64,000 nucleotides of DNA, taken from positions 1 to 64,000 of the forward strand of contig JAYUUO010000150.1 in the NCBI GenBank assembly GCA_043754515.1, in the 5' to 3' direction. Every line of letters starts with the position of its first letter. Positions within the stretch are counted from its first letter, which is position 1. Under the pieces are notes generated by a model, which ran no database searches, was not told the DNA's origin, and saw only the letters and a list, made by a program, of their open reading frames with translations. This DNA is from Armatimonadota bacterium. Its GTDB lineage: Bacteria; Armatimonadota; Armatimonadia; Armatimonadales; Armatimonadaceae. This document shows, piece after piece, positions 26,618 through 37,125 of the stretch. The position numbers were made by a program, and so were the translations under genes.

Positions 26618-28795
26618 ATGGCAATTCAGAACAGGGTACCGGCGGACTACGCGGAGCGGGTCTACGCGGGCGTGTTAGGCAAGATCATCGGGGTTTATTT
26701 GGGGCGACCGTTCGAGAGCTGGCCGAACGAGCGCATCGAGCGCGAACTCGGAGAGATCTGGTACTACGTCAATGACAAACTTAATGAGTTGCTGATCGTC
26801 GCGGACGATGACATCTCAGGCACGTTCACGTTCCTTCGGGCACTGCCCGATCACGGCGTAACCGCCGATCTGAGTGCCGAGAAGATCGGCAATACGTGGC
26901 TCAACTATCTAATCGAGGGGCGCACCGTACTCTGGTGGGGCGGTGTCGGTCTCAGCACCGAACACACGGCGTACCTGCGCCTCAAATCGGGAGTATCTGC
27001 GCCGGAGTCCGGGAGCATGGCGCGGAACGGGCAGGTCGTCGCCGAACAGATCGGGGCACAGATATTTATTGACGGGTGGGGGATGGTCTGCCCGAACGAT
27101 CCCGAAACGGCGGTACTACTCGCGGGTCGCGCCGCGTCCGTGTCGCACGACGGGGAGGCGGTCTACGCCGCGCAGGTGATCGCTGCGATGGAGGCAATGG
27201 CGTTCGGCGAGAGCCGCCTCCCGGTGCTCCTGCGCAATGCCCAGACCTACATTCCGCCCGGCTCCCTCATCTACCAGATAATCGAGGACCTCGTGGCATG
27301 GAACACGGAGAACGGGCAGGACTGGCGGTGGTGTCTGCGCAAGATCGAGGCTAAGTACGGCTACGACACCTACGGGGGCAACTGCCACGTGGTACCGAAC
27401 TTCGCGGTGATCATCCTGGGACTTCTGTACGGCGACAACGATTTCCAGAAGGCGCAGATGGTGACCAACACCGCCGGTTGGGACACGGACTGCAACGCGG
27501 CTAATGTCGGCTGCCTGATGGCGATCAAAAACGGCCTCGCCAGCATCAATGCGCGGGTGGACTTCCGGGGGCCGGTCGCCGACCGCATGTATCTGCCGAC
27601 TGCGGATGGCGGGCGGTGCGTCACCGACGCGGTGCAGGAAGCCTACCGGGTCGTGAACATCGGGCGGGCACTGCGCGGCCAGCCGCCGATCCAGTCGGCG
27701 GGCGGGGCGCGGTTCCACTTCGAACTGCCGGGTTCCGTGCAGGGTTTCTTGCCGCTGGACTTGCCCGGTGAGCGCGGGGTCGCTACGGTAGGCAATGAGC
27801 AGGTTAAGCGGGTCGGGGAGAAGGGGGAGGCACTCGCGGAGCACGCGCTCGCGATCCATTATCACCACGTCGGTACCGGGCGAGCCGCCCGCGTCTACAC
27901 CCCGACTTTCTTGCCGCCGGAGGCGATGACGGGCGGAAGCTACGGTATGCAGTGTTCGCCGACGCTCTACTCGGGACAGACACTCCGCGCTCGGATCGTC
28001 ACGCTCGACACCAACGACAACTTCGCCGACATCACGCTCGCGATGCGGGTGTACGGCGACAAAGACGTGGTGGAGACGATCCCGCTCGCGACGCAAAGTT
28101 TCACGCCGGGCGACACGCACCATTTCCACGTCACGGTGCCGGACACGGGCGGCAGACCGATCTGCGCGGTCGGCATCGAGATCGCCGGGGACGCGGGGAG
28201 CGGGACAGCGTACCTGGACTGGCTCTCCTGGGATGCCACGCCGACCGTGAACTTCCGCAGGCCGGACGGCGAGCCGGGAAAGGCGTGGCGCACGGCGTGG
28301 GTGAACGCGGCGAGTGACTTCGCCGACTGGGGCTTGTGGGAGGACAACCAGTTCAAACTGATCCAGAACACAGCGGAGGACGGGTTCGCGCTGATGGGGT
28401 GCCGCGAGTGGCAACAGTACACGCTGGAGACCGAGGTTTACCCGCACATGGCGGATCGCATCGGAGTGATCGTTTGCGGGCGGGGTTTGCGCCGCTATGT
28501 CGCGCTCACCTTATCGCCGGACGGCTTCGCGCGGCTCGTGGAGCGATACGACGACGAGGTCACGGTGCTCGACGAGGTGCCGATGGAGTGGGTGCTTGAT
28601 CTGCACTACTGCGTTTCGGTAACTACCAAGCGCGACGGCACGATAACGGCCACGGTCGAGCCGCCGGACCCGACGCGCGATCCGGTGCCGCTCGCGGCGA
28701 AGATCGCGCCGGAGCGGGCGCACGGCAATATTGGCCTCCTCGTCGCGGCGGGGCACGGGCAGTTCGGGGCGGTGCGCGTCAGCCCGGCGGCGTAA
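26618..28795 (+). CDS. ADP-ribosylglycohydrolase family protein with C-terminal beta domains
   Basis: YAGVLGKIIGVYLGRPFE, DDDISG, EQIGAQIFID, SHDGEA, GWDTDCNAANVG. Confidence 0.85.
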   Translation: MAIQNRVPADYAERVYAGVLGKIIGVYLGRPFESWPNERIERELGEIWYYVNDKLNELLIVADDDISGTFTFLRALPDHGVTADLSAEKIGNTWLNYLIEGRTVLWWGGVGLSTEHTAYLRLKSGVSAPESGSMARNGQVVAEQIGAQIFIDGWGMVCPNDPETAVLLAGRAASVSHDGEAVYAAQVIAAMEAMAFGESRLPVLLRNAQTYIPPGSLIYQIIEDLVAWNTENGQDWRWCLRKIEAKYGYDTYGGNCHVVPNFAVIILGLLYGDNDFQKAQMVTNTAGWDTDCNAANVGCLMAIKNGLASINARVDFRGPVADRMYLPTADGGRCVTDAVQEAYRVVNIGRALRGQPPIQSAGGARFHFELPGSVQGFLPLDLPGERGVATVGNEQVKRVGEKGEALAEHALAIHYHHVGTGRAARVYTPTFLPPEAMTGGSYGMQCSPTLYSGQTLRARIVTLDTNDNFADITLAMRVYGDKDVVETIPLATQSFTPGDTHHFHVTVPDTGGRPICAVGIEIAGDAGSGTAYLDWLSWDATPTVNFRRPDGEPGKAWRTAWVNAASDFADWGLWEDNQFKLIQNTAEDGFALMGCREWQQYTLETEVYPHMADRIGVIVCGRGLRRYVALTLSPDGFARLVERYDDEVTVLDEVPMEWVLDLHYCVSVTTKRDGTITATVEPPDPTRDPVPLAAKIAPERAHGNIGLLVAAGHGQFGAVRVSPAA

Positions 28796-28933
28796 GGGAA
28801 AATACGGTGATAGGGACGTCACTGCGTGAAGCGCGGTGATGCCCCAGTCGTATTCGCTGGTTCTCGTCGCCGCGTGGGAGCTACATCCGGTCCGCGCGGG
28901 ATCACGCTTGAACACTACGACGCATCGAGTGCT

Positions 28934-29483
28934 CTACAAGGGCGTGAACTCGAGAACTTGTACACCTCCCGCGCCGTCGTAATACCCGGGCGTGGTTATC
29001 TCGGTGTAGGCTGAATCAGGGATGCCGGTTTGAGGGTTGTACTTGACTTGAAGCGTCCTCGGTTGACCCACGTCCAGCGACTCAGGGTTCGCGGCGTTGA
29101 ACAAAATCTCCACCGTAGCCTCTTTACTTCGCGTAGGAAAGTCCGTAGTACGCGTTGGCCACCGGGTCGGCATAAACAGGTTCGTTCTCCCCGCGCCTTA
29201 TATCCCCCTCTTCGACGACGCCGTTTCTGACGGTGCTTGTTATTGTAATGCTGAGAAAACTATCGCGGATCCGCAATCGGTAGCTGGTGATCCCGGAGTC
29301 CTGCCACTTCTTCTTGTTGGCCTTGAATTGCTCCAGGGCGGCGGCGCGATTCTCAGCGGCGGTGGCCACCGGCGAAGGATCGTTCGACGAGGAGCCACAC
29401 GAAGACAGCATAGTTGCCATCACAAGAGCGGGAGCGATCAAGAGCATGATACGGAGTTTCGCCTGATATCGTTTACACATCAA
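28934..29483 (-). pseudogene. Frameshifted lipoprotein (DUF6174-like)
   Basis: Lipobox LSSC and KKKWQDSGITSY..TVRNGVV in one frame (stop at 29124); TVEILF..VKYNPQTGIP..VLEFTPL continues in another frame. Confidence 0.6.
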
Positions 29484-30770
29484 TAGTTTCCTTCACACAT
29501 CACTGTAACCTTTTTGACAGAAACGGTTGTCTTGGAGGCTGGCGTCCACCAAACACGATACTCTAAACGGTGACGGTAGGAGTTCAGCAGGAATGAGAGA
29601 TCGTAGTTCGCGTAGGGGGCACCCAAAATCTCATACAAAGCGGCTAAGTACTCGGTCAGTATGTCTGATTTACGTATCATCCGAGATGCAAGCACAGTGC
29701 CCGTCGTGGCGTCGTTAACGTCGACAGTGAGCATCTAATCCCCGTGTAACCGACGCGAGTGTTCACCGCTCCATACCAGACCACCCTGAACTCGATCTCA
29801 TGGCTCCGGTTTGCATCTAGCATCACGAAGGGGACGGCGAACGTGGAATAAGACGCCGCGCATTCGGACTTGTGTAAAATTCTGTGTGCCAGGGTGGTCG
29901 TCGTCGTGTAATCTTGGACTTGCAGATCGCACACGATCGAGTCGCCTGAGGTTGCGTTATCGGCGGCGACCTCGAAGAAAGGTACCTGCTCCCCGACATC
30001 AACTTGTTTCGTGAATGGCCCCCACCATATTAGCCAGAACGCGGGGTCTACACCGCACGTTGCTTGCCATCCAGACCCATCGCTCGCTACTCGACCGATT
30101 TGATGCCGGGTTCCATCGTCGTCCTTATTCCAGAAGCAGGTCGGATAAGGTAAGCCATACGTCGCGAGGGTGCCCTGAATATCGTAAGCCGTCATCGGCT
30201 CATCCGTCAGCGATATGCGAATCTTACTATTGTTGGAATCATCAATAGCATATTAGGAGTTACGCGGTTGGTGCGTTCCTCCTCCCGTATTCGCCCGTCC
30301 CACCCGCGAGCGGGTACCCGACGTCCGGCGCGGAGCGCGTCTAGACAGGCAATCGTCAAAACAAGTTTTGACTGTACTTGTTTCGCCGATGGCGTGGGTT
30401 TTAACCCGTGTTCCTTGACGAACCGCGTAACTCCTAGCATATATCACCGGGTGCGAGAAATTACTATCGCTAGCCCATAGGGTCGCGGGACGGATCGGTA
30501 CGGCGGTAGAGTCAGCGGGGCGATTGTTACAAGACGGAGGAGGAGAAGGTGGAGAGCGAAGGCGGGGCGGAGTGCGTTTGACTTGTGAAGGCGGGCGGGG
30601 GTGCTTTTGAAGCCAGGCTTCGGGGCGAGGGTGTTGCGTTCCGAACCTGTCGCGGGGAACCAACGCCATGCCCGGTCAGGGCACCCGATGCGTAAGCGGT
30701 CCAAGTGCCCAGGAGCACGAGAAGCGCGGCGACAACACTGTAGGAGGCGAGAGGCCTCTTGACAACACCA
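29480..30770 (-). pseudogene. Decayed secreted protein with repeated beta-sandwich modules, interrupted by a MITE
   Basis: Excising the MITE rejoins HPVIYA with IDDSNNSKIRISLTDEPMTAYD in frame; two homologous modules lie in different frames; signal-like VVAALLVLLGTWTAYA upstream in another frame; 5' limit approximate. Confidence 0.6.
30254..30436. mobile_element. 183-bp MITE with perfect 16-bp TIRs and a 6-bp target-site duplication
   Basis: TAGGAGTTACGCGGTT (30254-30269) / AACCGCGTAACTCCTA (30421-30436); GCATAT at 30248-30253 and 30437-30442. Confidence 0.92.
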
Positions 30771-30970
30771 GAAACATTGCCATCGCAGGAGACGCCAGAC
30801 ATTTGAGGGGGAATCCTTTCGCTCGCAAACACTGAACAGTAATCGTCCCCATGGGAAGTAGCAACCCACACGCCGAAGTTAGGCGGCTTTCGTCATTGTA
30901 AACGGAGTTGCGCACGCTGTCAACAGGTGCTGGTGCCGCGAATCGGTCGGCGCGGGGTATAATTGCTGTC

Positions 30971-32371
30971 ATGCGTATCCGCTTCGTTTGCTCTGCCGCC
31001 CTGACCATCTTGCTCGCCGGGGGGAGTGCCGCCTCTGCCGCCCCGCCCGCCGCGAAAACCGCCTCCCCACTCCCCGCGCTCGCGTTCCGCGACCGAACCT
31101 TGCCGAACGGCTTGCGGGTGCTGACCTCTGAGAATCACCGGACACCTACGGTCGCCGTTTACGTGTTCTACCGGGTCGGGTCCAAGGACGATCCGGCGGG
31201 CCGCTCCGGGTTCGCGCACCTGTTCGAGCACCTGATGTTCAAGTCCACGCGCAACATGAAGGCCGAACAATTTGACCGGTTGACCGAGGATGTAGGCGGG
31301 CAGAACAACGCCTACACGCAGGATGACATGACGGTCTACACGGAGACGGTACCGTCAAACCATTTAGAGCGGATCCTGTGGGCCGAAGCCGACCGGATGA
31401 GCAACCTGAACGTGGACGAGGCGAACTTCAAGAGCGAACGCGCGGTGGTTGAGGAAGAGTTCCGCCAGAGCTACGCCGCGAACCCGTACGGCGTTCTGGA
31501 ACTGCAAACCACAATGCAGGGGTTCGCAGCGCACCCGTACAAACGTCCCACCATCGGTAACATCGCCGAGTTAGACTCCGCGACGCTACCCGACGTGCGG
31601 GCGTTCCACGACACGTACTACCGGTCCGACAACGCCGTGCTGGTGGTGGTCGGTGATTTCGACCCGTCGCAACTCGACGGATGGGTGGACAAATACTTCG
31701 CCGCCGTCGCGAAGCCTTCGGGCACGGTTCCGCGCGTCACGATCAAGGAGCCGCTACGTACGGCAGAGAAGCGCGTCGCATTCGCGGAGCCGGACGTGCC
31801 GCTCCCCGCGTTCACGGTGACCTATCTCACGCCGGGCGTCGCCGACAAGGATGCGCCCGCGCTCGACGTGCTGGCGAATATATTGGGGAGCGGACAATCG
31901 TCGCGGCTGTATCACTCGCTGGTATACACGAAGCAGATCGCCTCTGACGCCTCGACCGGTACCGACTCGCGGCAGGATGCGGGCCTGTTTACTCTGCAAG
32001 TGACAGCGGCCGGGGGGAAATCACTGCCCGCCGTGGAAGCCGCCGCGCTCGCCGAACTGGACGTCGTTCGCGCCGCGTCCGTGACCCCCGCCGAACTGGC
32101 GAAGGCCAAGAACAACCTGATCGCCGGTATAGTCCGCTCCCGCGAGACCGTGAACGGCACCGCGAACTACCTCGGCTCGGCGGCTGTGTTATATGGCGAC
32201 CCGAACCGCATCAACACCGAACTGGACGCGATCAACGCGGTCACCGTGCAGGACGTGCGGCGGGTGGCGAATCAGTACCTCGCCCCGAGTAACCGCACGC
32301 TGATCAGCTACACTGCGAAAGTCGTCGCGACCCCAAAAGATGCTACGACCCCGAAAGGCGGCACCCGATGA
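30971..32371 (+). CDS. M16 family zinc peptidase, catalytic subunit (secreted)
   Basis: GFAHLFEHLMFK (HxxEH), TLPNGLRV, NAYT, ERAVVEEE; TATAAT 7 nt before ATG. Confidence 0.93.
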   Translation: MRIRFVCSAALTILLAGGSAASAAPPAAKTASPLPALAFRDRTLPNGLRVLTSENHRTPTVAVYVFYRVGSKDDPAGRSGFAHLFEHLMFKSTRNMKAEQFDRLTEDVGGQNNAYTQDDMTVYTETVPSNHLERILWAEADRMSNLNVDEANFKSERAVVEEEFRQSYAANPYGVLELQTTMQGFAAHPYKRPTIGNIAELDSATLPDVRAFHDTYYRSDNAVLVVVGDFDPSQLDGWVDKYFAAVAKPSGTVPRVTIKEPLRTAEKRVAFAEPDVPLPAFTVTYLTPGVADKDAPALDVLANILGSGQSSRLYHSLVYTKQIASDASTGTDSRQDAGLFTLQVTAAGGKSLPAVEAAALAELDVVRAASVTPAELAKAKNNLIAGIVRSRETVNGTANYLGSAAVLYGDPNRINTELDAINAVTVQDVRRVANQYLAPSNRTLISYTAKVVATPKDATTPKGGTR

Positions 32372-33864
32372 AACAAACTCTTTACGCGTTCTTGATGGGC
32401 CTGACCTTAGCCAGCGCGGCTTTCGCGCAAAACCCAGCCACGAACACCCCGCTCGCGCCCAACCCATACCCGACGCCGCCCGCGCCCTCCGCGCCACGAA
32501 TCGTCTCCGTGCCGACGCCGGTCGAGTCGAAACTCGCGAACGGTTTGCGGGTGATCGCCGTACCGCGCCCCGGTTCGGGTCTCGTCTCCGTGCAACTACT
32601 CCTGCCCTATGGCGAGGCGACTCAGCCAGGTGACAAAAATGGCACCGCGGTAACGGTCGCCGAACTGCTGACGAAGGGGACCACGACCCGCACGGCGACG
32701 CAGATCGCGGGCCAGGTGGAGCAACTCGGCGCGTCGCTCGGCGCGAGTGCCGGGTACGACAGCACCGTGGTTTCGCTCGGGGTCCTCAAATCGCGCCTGA
32801 ACGAGGCGATGCCGCTACTCGCGGACGTGTTACAGAACCCGACCTTCCCCGCCGAGGAGTTGACACGCTATCGCACCCAGACCACGGATGATCTCACGGT
32901 CGCGTACCGCGCGCCGGGGACTCTCGCGCGGCTAGTCGCGGCGCGCGTCCTGTACGGCGACAGTCGCTACGGTAACCCGGCGACCGGAACTCCCGATAGT
33001 CTGAAAGTGATCACGCGCGATGACCTCATGGGCGCGTATCGGAGTCAGTACCAGATCGGGTACGCGGTGCTGGTCATCTCCGGCGACATCACGCCCGAGG
33101 CGGCGCGGGTACTGGCGCAAACCTACTTCGGCGCGTGGCGCAACCCGAAGGCGGGGTACATCACTGGCAACGGTCTGACTGCCCTCCCGCCTCCGGAGAA
33201 GCGGCATATCGTGGTTATTGACCGACCGGACGCGGGACAAGCCGCCGTACAAATCACGCGCTTCGGCGTGAAGCAGAGCGAGCTGAATCTGGAGATCGCC
33301 CAACTCACCAACGATATCCTAGGCGGCGGCTATTCGTCGCGCCTCAACCGGGAGGTGCGCGTCAAACGTGGGCTTTCCTACGGCGCGAACAGCTCGCTCG
33401 CGGCCCGCGCCGAAACAGGGCCGCTGTCCCTATACGCGCAGACCAAGAACGAATCGGCGGGCGAGACCGCGCAGGTTCTCGTCGAGGAATTGGGCAAGCT
33501 GGGCACTTCCGCGCCGACGCCCGATGAGTTCGCCGCCCGCAAGTCCGCCCTGTCCGGCGACTTCGCACGCGCCCTGGAGACGGGGGGCGGGATCGCGGGA
33601 TTGGTCGGCCAACTCGCGCTGTATCATCGCCCGCTATCCGAGTTGCAGACGTATCTGTCGCGGGTGCAAGCCGTGACGCCGGATCAGGTGCGAACGTTCG
33701 CCGATCAGCGGTTCGGGGCGGCCACGGCGAGCGTCGTGATCGTCGGCAACGCGGCGAAGTTCCTGCCCGACCTTAAGACGCGCTTCCCAAGCGACGCGGT
33801 GACCGTGATCCCGTTCGCTGCCCTGGATCTGAACTCCGCGACGCTCGTGAAAGACGGGAAGTAG
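32368..33864 (+). CDS. M16 family peptidase, non-catalytic partner subunit
   Basis: KLANGLRV, no HxxEH, LGGGYSSRLNREVRVKRGLSYG; ATGA overlap. Confidence 0.9.
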   Translation: MKQTLYAFLMGLTLASAAFAQNPATNTPLAPNPYPTPPAPSAPRIVSVPTPVESKLANGLRVIAVPRPGSGLVSVQLLLPYGEATQPGDKNGTAVTVAELLTKGTTTRTATQIAGQVEQLGASLGASAGYDSTVVSLGVLKSRLNEAMPLLADVLQNPTFPAEELTRYRTQTTDDLTVAYRAPGTLARLVAARVLYGDSRYGNPATGTPDSLKVITRDDLMGAYRSQYQIGYAVLVISGDITPEAARVLAQTYFGAWRNPKAGYITGNGLTALPPPEKRHIVVIDRPDAGQAAVQITRFGVKQSELNLEIAQLTNDILGGGYSSRLNREVRVKRGLSYGANSSLAARAETGPLSLYAQTKNESAGETAQVLVEELGKLGTSAPTPDEFAARKSALSGDFARALETGGGIAGLVGQLALYHRPLSELQTYLSRVQAVTPDQVRTFADQRFGAATASVVIVGNAAKFLPDLKTRFPSDAVTVIPFAALDLNSATLVKDGK

Positions 33865-33866
33865 CG

Positions 33867-34484
33867 GTGGCGACGTTCGACCTGTCCGCTTTATCCGGCG
33901 GCGAGGCGTACCGCGTGCTTTCCTCGCTCGTCGTGCCGCGCCCGATAGCCTGGGTGATGACGCGGGACGTGGAGAGCGGTGTGGTCAATGTCGCGCCGTT
34001 CTCGTTCTTCAATCTGGTCGGGTCCGACCCGCCGACGGTCGCGCTGGGTGTTAGCCCCGCGAAGCGGAGTGGCGAGCCGAAAGATACCGGGCGGAACCTG
34101 TCGCGGGTCGGGGCAGGATTCGTAGTACATATGGTAGACGAGGCGCACGCGGACGCGATGAACCGCACGGCGTCGGAACTCCCGGCGGACGCGAGTGAGG
34201 TTCACGCGGCGGATCTAGTGCTCGCCGAGACTGTGAAGATCGCGCCGGTGCCGCGCGTCGCGTCCGCGCCCGCCGCCCTAGAGTGTCGCGTCGCCGAGAT
34301 TGCCGTGGTAGGTAACAACCGGATTGTGCTGGGCGAGGTGGTTTATTTACACCTGCGTGATGATTTATGGGACGCCGGAAGTCGGCGTGTCCTCACGGAG
34401 GAGGCCCACATGATCGGGCGGATGCACGGCGGTGGCTGGTATCTGCGCACCACAGATCTTTTTTCGCTGGATCGCCCGCTCTAG
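33867..34484 (+). CDS. Flavin reductase-like FMN-binding protein
   Basis: VVPRPIAWV, NVAPFSFFN, KDTGRN, ALECR, IGRMHG. Confidence 0.9.
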   Translation: MATFDLSALSGGEAYRVLSSLVVPRPIAWVMTRDVESGVVNVAPFSFFNLVGSDPPTVALGVSPAKRSGEPKDTGRNLSRVGAGFVVHMVDEAHADAMNRTASELPADASEVHAADLVLAETVKIAPVPRVASAPAALECRVAEIAVVGNNRIVLGEVVYLHLRDDLWDAGSRRVLTEEAHMIGRMHGGGWYLRTTDLFSLDRPL

Positions 34485-34526
34485 CGGCAGAACACAGATA
34501 TTTTATTCATGGGCGTCCCGTAGTCA

Positions 34527-34575
34527 TTGACAACGCGCCAGATTTGGGGTAAATTGTGCTCACCGAACGTTCGGT
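34527..34575 (+). promoter_or_regulatory. Promoter and LacI-type operator of the lacI-family gene
   Basis: TTGACA-17 nt-TAAATT followed by the palindrome ACCGAACGTTCGGT (34562-34575). Confidence 0.8.
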
Positions 34576-34615
34576 AAGACACTGACAGAGTGGAAGCGGC
34601 CGGGGATGCGACGTC

Positions 34616-35665
34616 ATGAAAACAACCCTACGAGAGATAGCACGCCATGCGCGCGTGCATCAGAGCACCGCCTCCTATGTCCTGAACGGTAGCGGGGGAA
34701 GTACGCGCGTCTCCTCGGAGACGCGGGATCGTGTCCTACTGGCTGCGAAGCAACTCGGGTACAGTGCTAATCGCGCCGCGCAACAACTGCGTACAAGTCG
34801 GAGCATGGTGGTCGGGTTGCTCACGGGTGACGTGGAAAACCCGTTCTTTGCCCGCCTAGTCTCGCTCTGCACGGCGGAACTGGAGCGGGCGGGGTATGAG
34901 TCGGTGCTAGCTATGCGGCGGCAGGGCGAGGTGAGCGATTTTCACCTTCTGGAAACGCTGGCTTCGAGACAGGTGGACGGACTACTCATTTGGAGTGAGT
35001 CGGCGTCCGAAATACGCACTTGGCTCGAGAAGAACCCGCGTTCGACTAATGTAGTGGTTCTCGGGTACCGGATCGAGCAGTGCGATAGTGTCGAGGCGGC
35101 CTTAGGGCAGGGGGTGCGGGATGCTCTGTCGCATTTCCAGGATCAAGGATCGAAGCGAATAGGGTATCTCGCGCCGCTCTCCTCGCTCATGACGACCGGA
35201 GACCCGCGCGTGGGCATCTATCGCGAGTTTGTCGCGGCGCGGGAAAGTGAGCCGCTGGTTTACACTTACGATGGCTCCGCGAACGACCCGAAGGCCGCGC
35301 GGATCCGCGCGGAGGAGATCGCGTGCTCGCGCCCGACCGAGCGACCAGATGCTCTACTGTGCTTTAACGACATGACCGCGTTCGGTGCTTTGATGGGATT
35401 ACGTCGGCGCGGGCTACGTGTCCCTAACGACATCGCGATAATCGGTTGCGACGACATCCCGCTCGTGTCGCAACTAGATGTCCCATTAACGAGCATTGCG
35501 TATCCGATCGTGGAGTTGTGTCGTAGCGCGGTGGAGATGTTAATCGGACGGATCGAGTTCAAGGCTGAGGGCGACTCGATAGACCCCCCGCGAAAGTACA
35601 AGATCATACCGGCTCCACTCAGCGTCCGAGAGTCCAGCATTGTTTCGCAGTACGGCATCAAGTAG
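34616..35665 (+). CDS. LacI-family transcriptional regulator
   Basis: TLREIARHARVHQSTASYVLNG, VSSETRDRV, NPFF, DALLCFND, VPNDIAIIGCDD. Confidence 0.95.
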   Translation: MKTTLREIARHARVHQSTASYVLNGSGGSTRVSSETRDRVLLAAKQLGYSANRAAQQLRTSRSMVVGLLTGDVENPFFARLVSLCTAELERAGYESVLAMRRQGEVSDFHLLETLASRQVDGLLIWSESASEIRTWLEKNPRSTNVVVLGYRIEQCDSVEAALGQGVRDALSHFQDQGSKRIGYLAPLSSLMTTGDPRVGIYREFVAARESEPLVYTYDGSANDPKAARIRAEEIACSRPTERPDALLCFNDMTAFGALMGLRRRGLRVPNDIAIIGCDDIPLVSQLDVPLTSIAYPIVELCRSAVEMLIGRIEFKAEGDSIDPPRKYKIIPAPLSVRESSIVSQYGIK

Positions 35666-35694
35666 TTAATCGGATCGAATTGATGGGTAATTCG

Positions 35695-35712
35695 GTACCG
35701 AACGTTCGGTAC
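35695..35712. promoter_or_regulatory. Second LacI-type operator, upstream of the lipoprotein-DUF1559-ABC-GH43 operon
   Basis: Perfect 18-bp palindrome GTACCGAACGTTCGGTAC with the same 14-bp core as 34562-34575. Confidence 0.82.
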
Positions 35713-35760
35713 AGGGCACGAGCCGCTCTATATTACACTGCGGAAAAGGATTAGAACTAA

Positions 35761-36033
35761 ATGGCGGAGCCACTAAACATCATGATTGAAAAAAGAACCG
35801 GAAATACTCCGAGCAAACCGCTCATCGTGGCGATGTTCGCCGCGCTCGCGGTGACGGCAGTTTCCCTCGCGGGATGCGGCGACAAAACAGGGGCCGCGGC
35901 GTCCGGGGGGGGGGGGCCTACGTCCGCGAAGGTGCCCGCGGCGTCCGCGCCCGCGAGCAAGACTCAGTCGGTACCGCCTGAATATCAGGACAAAATGAAA
36001 GCGAACCCCGGAGTTGTACCAGGCGCGCGATAA
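35761..36033 (+). CDS. Small lipoprotein
   Basis: Lipobox LAGC after a hydrophobic stretch; AAAGGA SD. Confidence 0.7.
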   Translation: MAEPLNIMIEKRTGNTPSKPLIVAMFAALAVTAVSLAGCGDKTGAAASGGGGPTSAKVPAASAPASKTQSVPPEYQDKMKANPGVVPGAR

Positions 36034-36155
36034 GCGGGCGGGGAACACCCGCGAGCCCTGAACAATATACCTGATTCTTAACACCGCGTGCCGTGACTAA
36101 CACGGCACGCTCTCAGACGCAACGGAAGCGTCACTGATCGAAAGGAAGTTCTTTA

Positions 36156-37058
36156 ATGTCCACTCGTTTATCACAGAAAGCCGTCCGTAGCGGCTTCACT
36201 CTTATCGAACTGCTCGTGGTCATCGCTATCATTGCGATCCTCGCCGCGATCCTGTTCCCCGTGTTCGCCCAGGCGCGAGAGAAGGCGCGACAGACCTCCT
36301 GTATGAGCAACATGAAGCAGTTGGGACAGGCGGTGGCCATGTTCACCCAGGACCATGAGGAACTGCTACCGAAAGCGTTCTTCAACGATCAGGGTGACTC
36401 CGCTTCCCCGTGGGGTTTCCCCTGGTTCACGGGATGGGACGCGGTCATATACAACTACGTTAAAAGCACACAGGTGTATCAGTGCCCGTCCGACGTTGAC
36501 GCGCGCACCTATAACCTCAACCCTGTTATTATTCCGGGCAATCTCATCATGCCGACTTCGTATCGCTACAATGTGAGTAATCAGGAGAACGGCGCGTTCA
36601 ACGCCTTGCAGCTCTCGAAGTTAGATAGCCCCTCCGACTCGATCGTGATCGCGGAGTCCAGCACCGGGGTGGATGAGGCGAACTACAATCAGCTCGCTTC
36701 CTGGGAAACCGAAGACCGGGGATATGTCTGTATTGACTGGCCCAACAACACAGCGATGGATCGGCATGTAAGCCATGTGCCCGGTCGCGGACCCGCGACC
36801 TGGAAGCAGCATAATCCCGAGTCTATTGACAAGGGTGCGCGAAATAAGGGATTGTCGAACTACGTCTTCGCCGATGGGCACGCCAAAGCGATGAACTGGG
36901 CACAGACATGGCGGCGGATCGGGCCGGATAAGCGCGCGGCGGACGGCACGATGATCACGCCTACCCCGTGGCGGCAGAACTTTGGCATCAGCGACGACCG
37001 CTCGGATAACCCGTCCCGCACCGACCGGTGCCAGTATAAGGATGGCGACACCCGGTAA
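36156..37058 (+). CDS. Prepilin-type N-terminal methylation / DUF1559 / H-X9-DG protein
   Basis: [61 protein letters not shown]. Confidence 0.93.
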   Translation: MSTRLSQKAVRSGFTLIELLVVIAIIAILAAILFPVFAQAREKARQTSCMSNMKQLGQAVAMFTQDHEELLPKAFFNDQGDSASPWGFPWFTGWDAVIYNYVKSTQVYQCPSDVDARTYNLNPVIIPGNLIMPTSYRYNVSNQENGAFNALQLSKLDSPSDSIVIAESSTGVDEANYNQLASWETEDRGYVCIDWPNNTAMDRHVSHVPGRGPATWKQHNPESIDKGARNKGLSNYVFADGHAKAMNWAQTWRRIGPDKRAADGTMITPTPWRQNFGISDDRSDNPSRTDRCQYKDGDTR

Positions 37059-37125
37059 TCGGGTACCTCTAGGTGGCGGCACGCGCCCCGTGCCGCCGCC
37101 TTCGTGAGATTGATCCGCGAAAACT

